Source: Opitutales bacterium (GTDB lineage: Bacteria; Verrucomicrobiota; Verrucomicrobiia; Opitutales; Coraliomargaritaceae). Taken from it: a stretch of DNA of 18,265 bases. The notes beneath the pieces are model-generated. The model saw only the letters and a list, made by a program, of their open reading frames with translations. It made no database searches and was not told where the DNA came from. Numbering within the stretch: the first letter of the stretch is position 1; each line of letters starts with the position of its first letter. Below are positions 1-8,655 of the stretch, one piece after another. The stretch covers positions 1 through 18,265 of the forward strand of contig JBMYNR010000034.1 in the NCBI GenBank assembly GCA_049598495.1, in the 5' to 3' direction. The translations under genes and the position numbers were made by a program.

Positions 1-111
1 ACAAGATAAAGAACGACAGCAACAAACTGGTGCAATATTCGGGTTAGAGGTCAGACCTTTTGCGAATTGGTCTGAGGCCGCCTCGTCTTTGCGGCAACGT
101 TTGCACAACGC

Positions 112-136
112 GGCATCGACCAAGGTCGAGCCCTAC
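112..136 (-). repeat. REP-like palindrome (GTAG-GGC-TCGACC-TT-GGTCGA-T-GCC) just downstream of queE
   Basis: On the minus strand a GTAG tetranucleotide is directly followed by an imperfect GC-rich palindrome, the usual REP layout. It starts 3 nt after the queE stop. Confidence 0.6.
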
Positions 137-139
137 GGC

Positions 140-808
140 TCAATATCCCCTCGCCGGATCGCCGCCCAATGGGGCAGGCGGTGCGCTGCGGGGATCCTGT
201 AGATCGGCGGCATAGTGTTTGTGCATCTGCCAACCGGCACGGTAGGGTGCACCCTGTGTTTTCACCCACCCCGTGATGGCGCCCAGCGTGGCCGCGTCCT
301 CGCGCTTCGACCACTCCGGATGGAGCCAAACGGGCTTGGAAGTTTCTCCGATGACGGCGGCATACGCCTCAATCGCTCCCTTTTGATCCACGATGATTTT
401 GAATTCATCGGCCAGAGCGAGATTCTCCGTTAAGGGCAACTTCCAGCGCTTCGGGCTCAGCGTGATCCAGTCAAAGGCACCCTGAATAGGAAAGGCACCG
501 CTTGTTTCCAAATGCACCTTGCGCCCGATGGCATGCAGTGCATCGACAAGTGGCTTCAGGTCATGGATTGCGGGCTCACCACCTGTCACGACGACAAACT
601 CGGCCTTTGTTTTCGCGACCTCCTCTGCCAGTTCCCGCTCAGAGAAGCGCTCGATTTTTTCCGGGATGTAATCGGGGTGCCAGGTTCCGGCTGAGTCGCA
701 CCAGGGGCAATGCACGGGGCAACCGAACGTGCGGATGAAGTAGGCCGCGCGACCCGCGTGAGCGCCTTCTCCTTGGAAGGTGTAAAACTGTTCGTGGATT
801 GGGAGCAT
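140..808 (-). CDS. queE: 7-carboxy-7-deazaguanine synthase QueE (radical SAM)
   Basis: Motifs [25 protein letters not shown] (CxxxCxxC), VTGGEP, HLETSG, WITLSPK and QMHK. ATG 808 (MLPIHEQF) is preferred over the track start at 853: it lies 4 nt after the dnaE stop and matches the usual family N-terminus. Confidence 0.93.
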   Translation of the reverse strand: MLPIHEQFYTFQGEGAHAGRAAYFIRTFGCPVHCPWCDSAGTWHPDYIPEKIERFSERELAEEVAKTKAEFVVVTGGEPAIHDLKPLVDALHAIGRKVHLETSGAFPIQGAFDWITLSPKRWKLPLTENLALADEFKIIVDQKGAIEAYAAVIGETSKPVWLHPEWSKREDAATLGAITGWVKTQGAPYRAGWQMHKHYAADLQDPRSAPPAPLGGDPARGY

Positions 809-812
809 GGAA

Positions 813-3800
813 TCAACCGCCGCTCCTGCTTCGTTCCCAGGGGCGGCGGTCATCTATTGGTTTTAGAGTTGTCGCCTCGATACGGACGCCGGCCAGAGCC
901 GGGTGGCGCCGGAGCATTTTGAAATTCGTGCCGGTGATAGTGAAAGTCAGCGACTGGGCGGTTTGGGTCTCCACGATTTGCTCGTCAACAAGGAAGCTGA
1001 TGTTCACGCGGGTGGCGCCGTATTCGTCGTCGATGGTTTCGCGAAGAAGCTCGATGAACTCCTTCGCCTTATCATTTGGTCGAAGAATGAAGTTGATGCG
1101 CTGGATAATCTTGGGAACCGAACTCTCCAGATCATAAACTTCATGGGCTGCGAGACTCATTTCGCCGTTGCGGCGGCCGACAAGCCCCTGGATCAAGGCC
1201 AGTTTCCCTTCCTCCAACCGTGATCCACATTTGGCATAGGGGTCGGGAAACATGATCATCTCGTAAGTATGACTGCGCGTGGCTAGGTTGAAGACCGCCA
1301 TCTGCTTGTTGTCCTTGCGTGTGTATTTGACGGCCACATTGCTGACGATTCCGCAGAGGCGGAAGGAGCTGCGATCGTCAAAATGCACCAACTCCTCCTG
1401 GCTTGTGAAGCTGTCAATGGCAGTATCAATCCCCGCGTAGGCATCCATTGGGTGCCCTGAGATGTAGAAACCGAGGAGCTCCTTTTCATGACGGAGTTTC
1501 TCCGTCATGGGCATCGGCGCCACGGTCTTACGTGCCTTGGTTGCGCTTGCCGGGTCGCCGAGCATATCAAAGAGATTCCCCTGGCCACCTTCCCGGTCCT
1601 CACGGGTAATTTTCGCTTCCGCAATCTCCCCGTCGAGCCCCTCGAGAAGTTCAGCCCGCTCTTCTCCGAGCGAGTCAAAGCCACCTGTTCTTATGAGCGC
1701 TTCAATGACGCGTCGGTTGACCGCCTTCTCCTCATTGCGCACGATGAAATCGGTGAAGCTTTCGTAGGCCCCATTGGCTTCGCGCTCGTCGATGATCACT
1801 TGTGCTGCACCTTCGCCCACGCCCTTGATCGAGGCCATCCCGAAGCGAATGCTGCCTTCGCCTTTTTCAATCACGGGGGTGAAGTTTGCGCCTGACTCGT
1901 TCACGTCCGGGCTGAGCACAGGCACATTCATAGCATTGCACTCGGCAAGATTATGTGAAATCTTATCGGCATTCCCTTGATCTGCGGTGAGCACGGCCGC
2001 CATGAATTCGACCGGGTAGTTGGCTTTTAAATACGCGGTTCGATAGCTCAGCATCGCGTAGGCGGCGGAGTGGGATTTATTGAAACCGTACTCCGCAAAT
2101 TTTTCCAGCAAAGCGAAGATGGACTCGGCCGTGCGGCGGTCGATATCGTTCGTCTCCTTCGCGCCTTTGACGAAAACATCCTTCTGCGCGTCCATCACAG
2201 ACTTAATCTTTTTACCCATCGCGCGTCGTAGAATATCGGCGCCCCCAAGTGTGTAGCCCGCGATGATCTGGGCGGACTGCATGACCTGTTCCTGATAGAC
2301 CAAGACACCGTAAGTTTCTTCGACCAACTCTTTGAGTAGTGGGTGCGGGATCTGTACGGTCGAAGGATCCTTTTTACCTTCGATAAATTGCGGGATGAAC
2401 TGCATCGGTCCGGGGCGGTAGAGCGCGATCAAGGCGATGATTTCCTCGAAGGAACTCAGGCCGATCTGACGGCAGAGTTGCTGCATGCCGCCCGATTCCA
2501 ATTGGAAGACCCCGGTCGTGCGACCCGAGTTGAGGAGGTCATAGGTTTCCTTGTCATCGAGGGCGACCTTTTCAACGTTGAAGTCCGGCAAGTTGCGAGT
2601 AGCGCGGACGTTGGCCTCAGCATCCGAAATGACGGTCAAGGTCTTGAGCCCGAGAAAGTCCATTTTCAGGAGGCCCAGATCCTCGGAAGGACCCTTCGGA
2701 TACTGTGTTGTGAGATCGCCTTCCTGTAGGGTGACCGGAATCAGGTTAGTGATATCCTGGTCCGCAATAATCACACCGCAGGCATGTTTGCCTGTATTAC
2801 GCACCATCCCTTCGATGACGCGGCCCTGCTCGACGATGGTTCGCGCGACTGGATTACGTTGGATCTCTGCCGCCAGTTCGGGCGACTTTTTGACGGAATC
2901 GTCCAGCGTGATGTTGAGCTCGTCGGGGATCATCTTGGCGAGCTTGTCCGCTTGTGCGAATTCGAACTCGTTGATCCGAGCAAGGTCTCGAATGATCATT
3001 TTCGCGCCAAAGGTGCCGAAGGTAATGATGTTGGCGACGCGGTCCTTGCCGTATTTTTCGCGGACGTAATTGACCACCTCGTCGCGCCGCCGCATGCAGA
3101 AGTCGACGTCGAAGTCCGGCGGTGAGACACGCTCGAGATTGAGCATACGCTCGAAAAGAAGACCGAAGCTCAGCGGGTCAATGTCGGTGATTTTAAGGAC
3201 ATAGGCAACGATGCAGCCAGCACCCGATCCGCGCCCGGGCCCGACCGGGATGCCCTGCTGACGAGCCCAGTTGATGAAATCCCAAACAATAAGGAAATAG
3301 TCGACGAAGCCGGTTCCGGTAATGATGGCTAGCTCGTAGTCGAGCTGGTCGCAGTAGTGTTTATCCTCGTCAGAAGCATTCTCCCAATTGGCACGGCAGT
3401 CATCGTAGTCGGTGCCGTAGCGCTCCTTCAGGCCTTCTTTACAAAGTTCGAAGAGATAAAACCCGTTGGCTTTATGCTTCGTGCGTTCCTCAGCGGAGAG
3501 CTCGATCGGCTCCTTGCTGTCGCGAGTGAGAATGGCATTCTTCTTATCCACGTAGATATCGAGAATGCGGTCGAAGTTGGCCTCGTCATCATTGACCTTG
3601 AGTTCAATCGGTCGCTCGTAGACCGGGTAGTGGTCTTCGCCGAAGGGGAGCTTGACGTCGCACATCTCAGCGACCGCCGAAGTATTGGTAATGGCCTCGG
3701 GCACCTCTTTGAAGGCCAGGTCCATTTCCTCCCGCGACTTTAGGTAAAACTGCTGCGCGTCGTAGCGCATACGCTTTTCATCGCTGACCTTGGCGCCGGT

Positions 3801-4493
3801 CTGGATGCACAGCAGCGAGTCGTGGGGCTCCCAGTCGGTATTTTTTACGTAGTGGACATCGTTCGTAGCCACCACCTTGAGCCCAAACTCGGTCGCGATC
3901 TTGAGGAGGTCGGGAATGATCCGCCGCTGCTCCTCGATCCCGTGATCCATGATTTCGATGATGAAATAATCTTTCCCAAAGATATCGATGAACTTGGCGG
4001 CGGCGGCACGTGCCTCGTCGAATTTGCCTTCCAGTAGATACTGCGGGATAACCGCGGCCAGACAGCCGGAGAAACCAATGAGCCCCTCACTGTGTTCAGC
4101 CAGTGTTTTTAAGTCGGTTCGTGGCTTGTAATAAAAGCCTTGGGTATGGGCCTTGGAGACAAGTTTACAAAGATTCTGGTAGCCGGTGAAGTTACGCGCC
4201 AGCAGACCCATGTGGCGGGATTTCTGGTTCGCGCGTTCCTCATTGGTCGTGCCCAGTTGGTCCTCGTAGACGAGATAGATTTCACAGCCCAGAAGGGGCT
4301 TGATGCCGTGCTTCTCAGCCTGCTTGAAAAAGCTGGTCAGCCCGTAAAGAACACCGTGATCGGTGATCGCAAGCGCCTTCATTCCGAGCTCGGAGGCCCG
4401 CTCGCAGAGCTTATCCGTCCGGCTGCAACCGTCCAACAGACTATGGTCGGTATGGACGTGCAGATGGACGAATTCGGTATCTTTTTCGGGCAT
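813..4493 (-). CDS. dnaE: DNA polymerase III alpha subunit (DnaE1 type)
   Basis: 1226 aa. PHP domain HLHVH..SLLDG, TDHG and [15 protein letters not shown]; catalytic PDFDVDF and [18 protein letters not shown]; clamp-binding [20 protein letters not shown] fold. No intein seen. Confidence 0.98.
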   Translation of the reverse strand: MPEKDTEFVHLHVHTDHSLLDGCSRTDKLCERASELGMKALAITDHGVLYGLTSFFKQAEKHGIKPLLGCEIYLVYEDQLGTTNEERANQKSRHMGLLARNFTGYQNLCKLVSKAHTQGFYYKPRTDLKTLAEHSEGLIGFSGCLAAVIPQYLLEGKFDEARAAAAKFIDIFGKDYFIIEIMDHGIEEQRRIIPDLLKIATEFGLKVVATNDVHYVKNTDWEPHDSLLCIQTGAKVSDEKRMRYDAQQFYLKSREEMDLAFKEVPEAITNTSAVAEMCDVKLPFGEDHYPVYERPIELKVNDDEANFDRILDIYVDKKNAILTRDSKEPIELSAEERTKHKANGFYLFELCKEGLKERYGTDYDDCRANWENASDEDKHYCDQLDYELAIITGTGFVDYFLIVWDFINWARQQGIPVGPGRGSGAGCIVAYVLKITDIDPLSFGLLFERMLNLERVSPPDFDVDFCMRRRDEVVNYVREKYGKDRVANIITFGTFGAKMIIRDLARINEFEFAQADKLAKMIPDELNITLDDSVKKSPELAAEIQRNPVARTIVEQGRVIEGMVRNTGKHACGVIIADQDITNLIPVTLQEGDLTTQYPKGPSEDLGLLKMDFLGLKTLTVISDAEANVRATRNLPDFNVEKVALDDKETYDLLNSGRTTGVFQLESGGMQQLCRQIGLSSFEEIIALIALYRPGPMQFIPQFIEGKKDPSTVQIPHPLLKELVEETYGVLVYQEQVMQSAQIIAGYTLGGADILRRAMGKKIKSVMDAQKDVFVKGAKETNDIDRRTAESIFALLEKFAEYGFNKSHSAAYAMLSYRTAYLKANYPVEFMAAVLTADQGNADKISHNLAECNAMNVPVLSPDVNESGANFTPVIEKGEGSIRFGMASIKGVGEGAAQVIIDEREANGAYESFTDFIVRNEEKAVNRRVIEALIRTGGFDSLGEERAELLEGLDGEIAEAKITREDREGGQGNLFDMLGDPASATKARKTVAPMPMTEKLRHEKELLGFYISGHPMDAYAGIDTAIDSFTSQEELVHFDDRSSFRLCGIVSNVAVKYTRKDNKQMAVFNLATRSHTYEMIMFPDPYAKCGSRLEEGKLALIQGLVGRRNGEMSLAAHEVYDLESSVPKIIQRINFILRPNDKAKEFIELLRETIDDEYGATRVNISFLVDEQIVETQTAQSLTFTITGTNFKMLRRHPALAGVRIEATTLKPIDDRRPWERSRSGG

Positions 4494-4502
4494 TCGACCG
4501 CA

Positions 4503-4530
4503 AGACTGAAGGGTCGATTCGATCTTGCAA
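4503..4530 (-). promoter_or_regulatory. Putative sigma70-type promoter of dnaE
   Basis: Minus strand TTGCAA (4530-4525), 16-nt spacer, CAGTCT (4508-4503), then 9 nt to the ATG at 4493. Confidence 0.45.
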
Positions 4531-4609
4531 GCTTGGAGGGCGTCGCGCCGTCTTTGCCGAAGGTTTTTGGACTGGTTGGCTGATTTGGGCGGCGATCACG
4601 TCCCGTGAT

Positions 4610-6577
4610 CTAATCGATAATCTGGAAAATGTGAGCCGGACTCACTCGTGGGTCGAGTTCGATGTAGGCGCTAGCGCCCTGCCAGAAATAATCCTTCGGG
4701 ATCGGGGAAAGCCGATCCACGAGGCGCAGCGACCCCGCATGACCCAAGCCGAGTGCTTCAGCGGGGAGGTTGAGGGTGGCGACTTGTTTGTTCTCCCAAT
4801 CCATATTCACGACGACAATGAAGCGGTCGGTTTTGTCGAAGTTCTGCTTGAGGTAGGCGATGATGTGGGAATTCGTGCCGGGGATGAAGTGCACGTTGAA
4901 GGTGCGCTGGAATGCCTCGTGCTGGTTCCGTATGGCATTCACACGTGCGATCTCGGCACGGATGTTGCCCGGTTTGTCGAGATCCCAGTCCTTTAACTGA
5001 TATTTCTCGCTGTGGTTATTCTCTTCCTTGCCGGGGAAGGGTTCGTGATCGAGTAATTCGTAGGCGGGTCCGTAGATGCCGACATTTGAAGAGAGTGTAG
5101 CTGCAAGCACGTAACGACCGATGAAGGTTGCCCGATTGCCCGTTTGCAGGTCGGCGTGAAGGATATCAGGGGTATTGGGCCAGAAGTTTGGCCAGAAATA
5201 CTCTTTTGCATCCGACTGGGTGAGTTCCTCGACATAGCTCCGGAGCTCGTCTGCAGTGTTCCGCCAAGTGAAGTAGGTGTAGCCGTGGGTGAACCCGCCC
5301 TTGGCGAGAAAGTATTTACGTTTCGGCCGGGTGAATGCCTCGGCCAAAAAGATCACTTCAGGATGCTTTGACTTGATGTTGAGAATGCACCAGCGCCAGA
5401 ACTCCATCGATTTGGTGTGCGGGTTATCGACCCGGAAGACTTTCACGCCTTGGCCGATCCAGAACTCAAACACGGACTTGAGCTCGTCCCAAAGATTTTC
5501 CCAATCCTCTGACTCGAAGTTGATCGGGAGGATATCCTGGTATTTCTTTGGCGGATTTTCCGCGTATTGGACGGTGCCATCCGGGCGCCAGCGGAACCAC
5601 TCCGGATGCTCCTTGACCCATGGGTGATCCGGTGCGCATTGGAAGGCGATATCCAGTGCGACTTCCATGCCCCGCATCTCCGCTTCATCGAGGAAGCTAC
5701 GGAAGTCCTTCAACTTACCGAGTTTGGGGTGAACGGTCTTGTGCCCACCTTCTTTCGCCCCGATCGCCCAAGGACTGCCCACGTCATTTGCCCCGGCCTC
5801 GAGGGTGTTGTTTTTGCCTTTTCGATATTCTCGGCCGATGGGGCTGATCGGTGGCAAATATACAATGTTGAAGCCCATGTTCTGGATATCGGATAGACGC
5901 TTGGCCGCGTCTTTGAAGGTAGCGTGTGTTTTTCCGTCGTACTTACAGGACCGCGGGAAATACTCATACCATGTGCTAAAGGCAGCGAGTTCGCGCTCGA
6001 TTAGAAAAAGGGAACGCGGGCTCGTGGTTTCCCAAGCGCGCTGCGGGTAGCTGCGGGCGAGGCCCGCGACCTGACGACTGCAGGCGAGGCTGATTCGCGA
6101 CTGGATCTCCGCTTCTGAGTCCGCGAGATGTTCGGCCCATTCACGGAGCTGCTCGGCGTGCTTCTCTTCGGCGCGATCGGCGGCATGCTCGAGTAGTTCG
6201 GCTCCGATCCGGCATTCGAGGTCGAGGGGGACAGCTTCCGCGTGTTTTTTCTGAAAGCCTTCATACCAACTGCCGTAGTGGTCAATGACCCCCGCAACCT
6301 CATATTCAAAAAGTCCGATCTCGTTGGATCTGTAGGTCGCCTCGAACTCATCGTTGCCAAGTGCTTGCATCGGCAGCACGCACCAATCACTCGTCCCGAT
6401 TTTTCGGATACGAAGTTCCATCTGAACGAGATCGTGTGAGTCGGCAAAGGCGTGCGCGGTAAACGAAATCCAGTCGCCGATAACACGTTTAAATGGATGA
6501 CGTCCTCCGTCGATGCATGGCAGGACCTGGTCGATGACGACGCGGCGGGTGCCGGCGGTTTTGGATAGAAGGGACAT
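4610..6577 (-). CDS. glgE: Alpha-1,4-glucan:maltose-1-phosphate maltosyltransferase GlgE (GH13_3)
   Basis: N-terminal DUF3416-like region (RVVIDQVLP..DGGRHPFKR), WYEYFPRS, GSPWAIG, YAENPPKKYQDI, catalytic FRVDNPHTK / FLAEAF / NTPDIL, and SEKYQLK. Confidence 0.96.
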   Translation of the reverse strand: MSLLSKTAGTRRVVIDQVLPCIDGGRHPFKRVIGDWISFTAHAFADSHDLVQMELRIRKIGTSDWCVLPMQALGNDEFEATYRSNEIGLFEYEVAGVIDHYGSWYEGFQKKHAEAVPLDLECRIGAELLEHAADRAEEKHAEQLREWAEHLADSEAEIQSRISLACSRQVAGLARSYPQRAWETTSPRSLFLIERELAAFSTWYEYFPRSCKYDGKTHATFKDAAKRLSDIQNMGFNIVYLPPISPIGREYRKGKNNTLEAGANDVGSPWAIGAKEGGHKTVHPKLGKLKDFRSFLDEAEMRGMEVALDIAFQCAPDHPWVKEHPEWFRWRPDGTVQYAENPPKKYQDILPINFESEDWENLWDELKSVFEFWIGQGVKVFRVDNPHTKSMEFWRWCILNIKSKHPEVIFLAEAFTRPKRKYFLAKGGFTHGYTYFTWRNTADELRSYVEELTQSDAKEYFWPNFWPNTPDILHADLQTGNRATFIGRYVLAATLSSNVGIYGPAYELLDHEPFPGKEENNHSEKYQLKDWDLDKPGNIRAEIARVNAIRNQHEAFQRTFNVHFIPGTNSHIIAYLKQNFDKTDRFIVVVNMDWENKQVATLNLPAEALGLGHAGSLRLVDRLSPIPKDYFWQGASAYIELDPRVSPAHIFQIID

Positions 6578-6580
6578 TTG

Positions 6581-6656
6581 TGGATAGTGGATGAATAATG
6601 GTGAATGAATGATGGTGGATGACTCAGAAGAATTGATAATCCGTCATCATTCATCA
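6581..6656. repeat. Degenerate heptamer (14-nt period) tandem repeat with an inverted copy in the glgA-glgE spacer
   Basis: The + strand reads tggatag-tggatga-ataatgg-tgaatga-atgatgg-tggatga (6581-6622). ATGAATGATG (6605-6614) is the exact reverse complement of CATCATTCAT (6645-6654). Confidence 0.75.
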
Positions 6657-6657
6657 G

Positions 6658-7869
6658 TTATCCGCGATCAAGTGAAGCATACAAGTCGCGGGTTTGCTGG
6701 GCGATGCTACTCCAGCTGAACATTTCGACGGCACGCTTGCGCCCAGCTTTGGCAAAGCGCTTGCGCTTATCGGGATCCTCCATCAGTCGGTTGATATTAT
6801 GCGCCAGGTCCTTGGCATAAGCAGTGGGATGAAGCGGTGCGAACGGGCTTTCGTGCCGTTGTGCAACCGGCACCAGGAAGCCGGTTTCATCGTGAACTAC
6901 CACTTCAGGGATTCCGCCGACCATGGATCCGATAACCGGCGTCTCGCAGGCCATCGCTTCAAGATTGATGATGCCGAACGGTTCATAGATGGACGGGCAG
7001 CAGAAGACCGCAGCGCCGGAGTAGAGTTGGATGATGTCCGTCTTGTCGACCATCTCGTCGATCCAGTAGACGCCATCACGACCCTTACTCGCTTCGGCCA
7101 CAGCGGTCTTCATCTCGGCGGCAATTTCTTCGGTGTCCGGGGCACCCGCACAGAGGACGACATTGAAGCCCTCATGCATATACTTGATCGCTTCGACCAA
7201 ATGGATGATGCCTTTTTGGCGGGTAATCCGGCCGACGAAGAGGACGAAGGGCTTGTCGTTCGGGACCTTGAACTTGGTCAGCGCGGGCGTCGGGTCCACG
7301 GCTTTATACTCCTCCGTATCGATACCATTGTAGATGACGTGGACCCTCTCCGGGGCGACGTTGAAGTGTTGGAGGATATCGCTCTTGGTTCCTTCGGAGA
7401 CAGCGATCACGGCGTCGGCCATTTCGAGTGCCGTCTTCTCGACCCATGAACTGAACTCGTAGCCACCCTTGAGTTGCTCTCGCTTCCACGGGCGCAGTGG
7501 TTCGAGTGAGTGGCCGGTGATGACGAGTGGTATGCCGTAGTTCATCTTGGTCATGATGCCCGCAAGATGGGTATACCATGTGTGGCAATGAACAACATCC
7601 GCATCGTTACCGTCCGCGTTGTAGCTGATCGCTCGCTGCGAGCTGCCAAAGATGGAATGCAAATATTTGGGTGCTCCGAAAGACTCGGTGTCCACAGGAT
7701 AACCCTTCACTTTGAGAGGGTAGTCCGACTCCTCGATCTCGCCGAAAGCGCGCACGTCGACATCGACGTCCGGAAGCTTGGAAAGCTCACGGGTGAGGTA
7801 TTCCACATGAACACCGGCCCCTCCGTAGTTGTAGGGCGGATATTCGTTGGAGTAGATGAGTGCGTTCAT
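6658..7869 (-). CDS. glgA: GT4 glycosyltransferase, actinobacterial-type 'glycogen synthase' GlgA, i.e. probable alpha-maltose-1-phosphate synthase GlgM
   Basis: Motifs EYPPYNYGGAGVHVEYL, HTWY, HSLEPLRPWKREQL, FVGRITRQKG, CAGAPDT and PSIYEPFGIINLEAMAC. ATG 7869 (MNALIYSNEYPP) is preferred over the track start at 7914. Lies directly upstream of glgE. Confidence 0.92.
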   Translation of the reverse strand: MNALIYSNEYPPYNYGGAGVHVEYLTRELSKLPDVDVDVRAFGEIEESDYPLKVKGYPVDTESFGAPKYLHSIFGSSQRAISYNADGNDADVVHCHTWYTHLAGIMTKMNYGIPLVITGHSLEPLRPWKREQLKGGYEFSSWVEKTALEMADAVIAVSEGTKSDILQHFNVAPERVHVIYNGIDTEEYKAVDPTPALTKFKVPNDKPFVLFVGRITRQKGIIHLVEAIKYMHEGFNVVLCAGAPDTEEIAAEMKTAVAEASKGRDGVYWIDEMVDKTDIIQLYSGAAVFCCPSIYEPFGIINLEAMACETPVIGSMVGGIPEVVVHDETGFLVPVAQRHESPFAPLHPTAYAKDLAHNINRLMEDPDKRKRFAKAGRKRAVEMFSWSSIAQQTRDLYASLDRG

Positions 7870-7920
7870 GAGCTTGAATGTAATCGATGATACAGAAGCG
7901 CTTATGATTCGCATTCCCTG

Positions 7921-7974
7921 TTACGGCTCAAGGCTTTTCACGGGGTTAGATTTCGTGGAACGCCCGAGCCGTAA
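7921..7974. other. Long intergenic inverted repeat (hairpin) between the divergent glgA and redoxin genes
   Basis: TTACGGCTC (7921-7929) pairs perfectly with GAGCCGTAA (7966-7974). The stem continues inward with GGC/GCC, TTTCACG/CGTGGAA and GGG/TTT. Confidence 0.7.
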
Positions 7975-7988
7975 TCGCTTGCGCTAAG

Positions 7989-8018
7989 TTGACAATCCGA
8001 GTGCACCTCGGTAAAGAT
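7989..8018 (+). promoter_or_regulatory. Putative sigma70 promoter of the redoxin gene with a dyad in the spacer
   Basis: Perfect TTGACA (7989-7994), then a weak -10 at 17-18 nt spacing (TAAAGAT, 8012-8018). The spacer contains CCGAG-N5-CTCGG (7997-8011). Confidence 0.5.
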
Positions 8019-8044
8019 GCATTGTTAATCGACGATCCATTGCT

Positions 8045-8647
8045 GTGAAAAAACAATTCCTACTCCTTCTTACTGTCTCTACCGTCCTCTCTATCCCGCT
8101 AAGCGCTGCACTACAGACCGGTGATGCGGCTCCTGCTTTTGTTCTCAAGGATACCACCGGAGCCGAGCACAGCTTAGCCGATTTTTCAGGAAAATACGTC
8201 ATCCTCGAGTGGACCAACCACAAATGCCCCTTTGTCGTGAAACACTATCGTGGTGGCCATATGCAGGCGCTACAGAAAGAGATGGTCGACGATGGAGCCA
8301 TTTGGTTGCAGATCGTTTCATCGGCTGAAGGAAAGTATGGATATTTGACCGCGGAGGAGGGTGAGGTGCTTCGAAAGAAGAAGTCGATGCATTCGACTGC
8401 CATGTTGCTTGATAGTTCAGGGACAGTGGGTCGCGCCTATGGTGCCCGTGTCACGCCCCACATGTATCTCATCAGTCCGGAAGGTGATTTGCTCTATCAG
8501 GGCGCAATTGATAGCATCAAGTCGACCCGTCCGGCGGATATCGATCAGGCAGAGAATTATCTCAAATCGGCTTATACCAGCGCGAAGGCGGGCAAGCCGA
8601 TTGCCAGGCCGACGACCGTGCCTTACGGTTGTGGTGTTAAATATTAG
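8045..8647 (+). CDS. Exported thioredoxin-fold redoxin (AhpC/TSA, peroxiredoxin-like) protein
   Basis: GTG start and signal peptide MKKQFLLLLTVSTVLSIPLSA. Motifs GDAAPAFVLKD, LEWTNHKCPFV, YGARVTPHMY, YQGAID and C-terminal PYGCGVKY. Confidence 0.88.
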   Translation: MKKQFLLLLTVSTVLSIPLSAALQTGDAAPAFVLKDTTGAEHSLADFSGKYVILEWTNHKCPFVVKHYRGGHMQALQKEMVDDGAIWLQIVSSAEGKYGYLTAEEGEVLRKKKSMHSTAMLLDSSGTVGRAYGARVTPHMYLISPEGDLLYQGAIDSIKSTRPADIDQAENYLKSAYTSAKAGKPIARPTTVPYGCGVKY

Positions 8648-8655
8648 GCCAGGCT

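Noticed and set aside
3462..3617. Possible intein in DnaE
   Set aside because: Too short, with no Cys/Ser start plus His-Asn end and no homing endonuclease motifs.
140..4493. Phage-type or dpd 7-deazaguanine DNA modification island (polymerase plus queE)
   Set aside because: DnaE is a full-length cellular enzyme in a housekeeping context, and no dpdA, queC, queD or phage genes are in the window.
6001..6654. 217-aa alternative-frame ORF starting 3 nt after the glgA stop and overlapping glgE
   Set aside because: Ser/Pro/Arg-rich sequence typical of an off-frame read of GC-rich coding DNA, with no motif. Its His-rich start is only the translated heptamer repeat.
6581..6656. Possible CRISPR array
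   Set aside because: Units are 7-14 nt and contiguous, with no unique spacers and no cas genes.
6694..7449. 251-aa + strand ORF, and similar antisense ORFs over dnaE, glgE, the mutase and the M29 gene
   Set aside because: They lie fully antisense to well-supported genes and show no family motifs. Codon bias readily explains such shadow ORFs.
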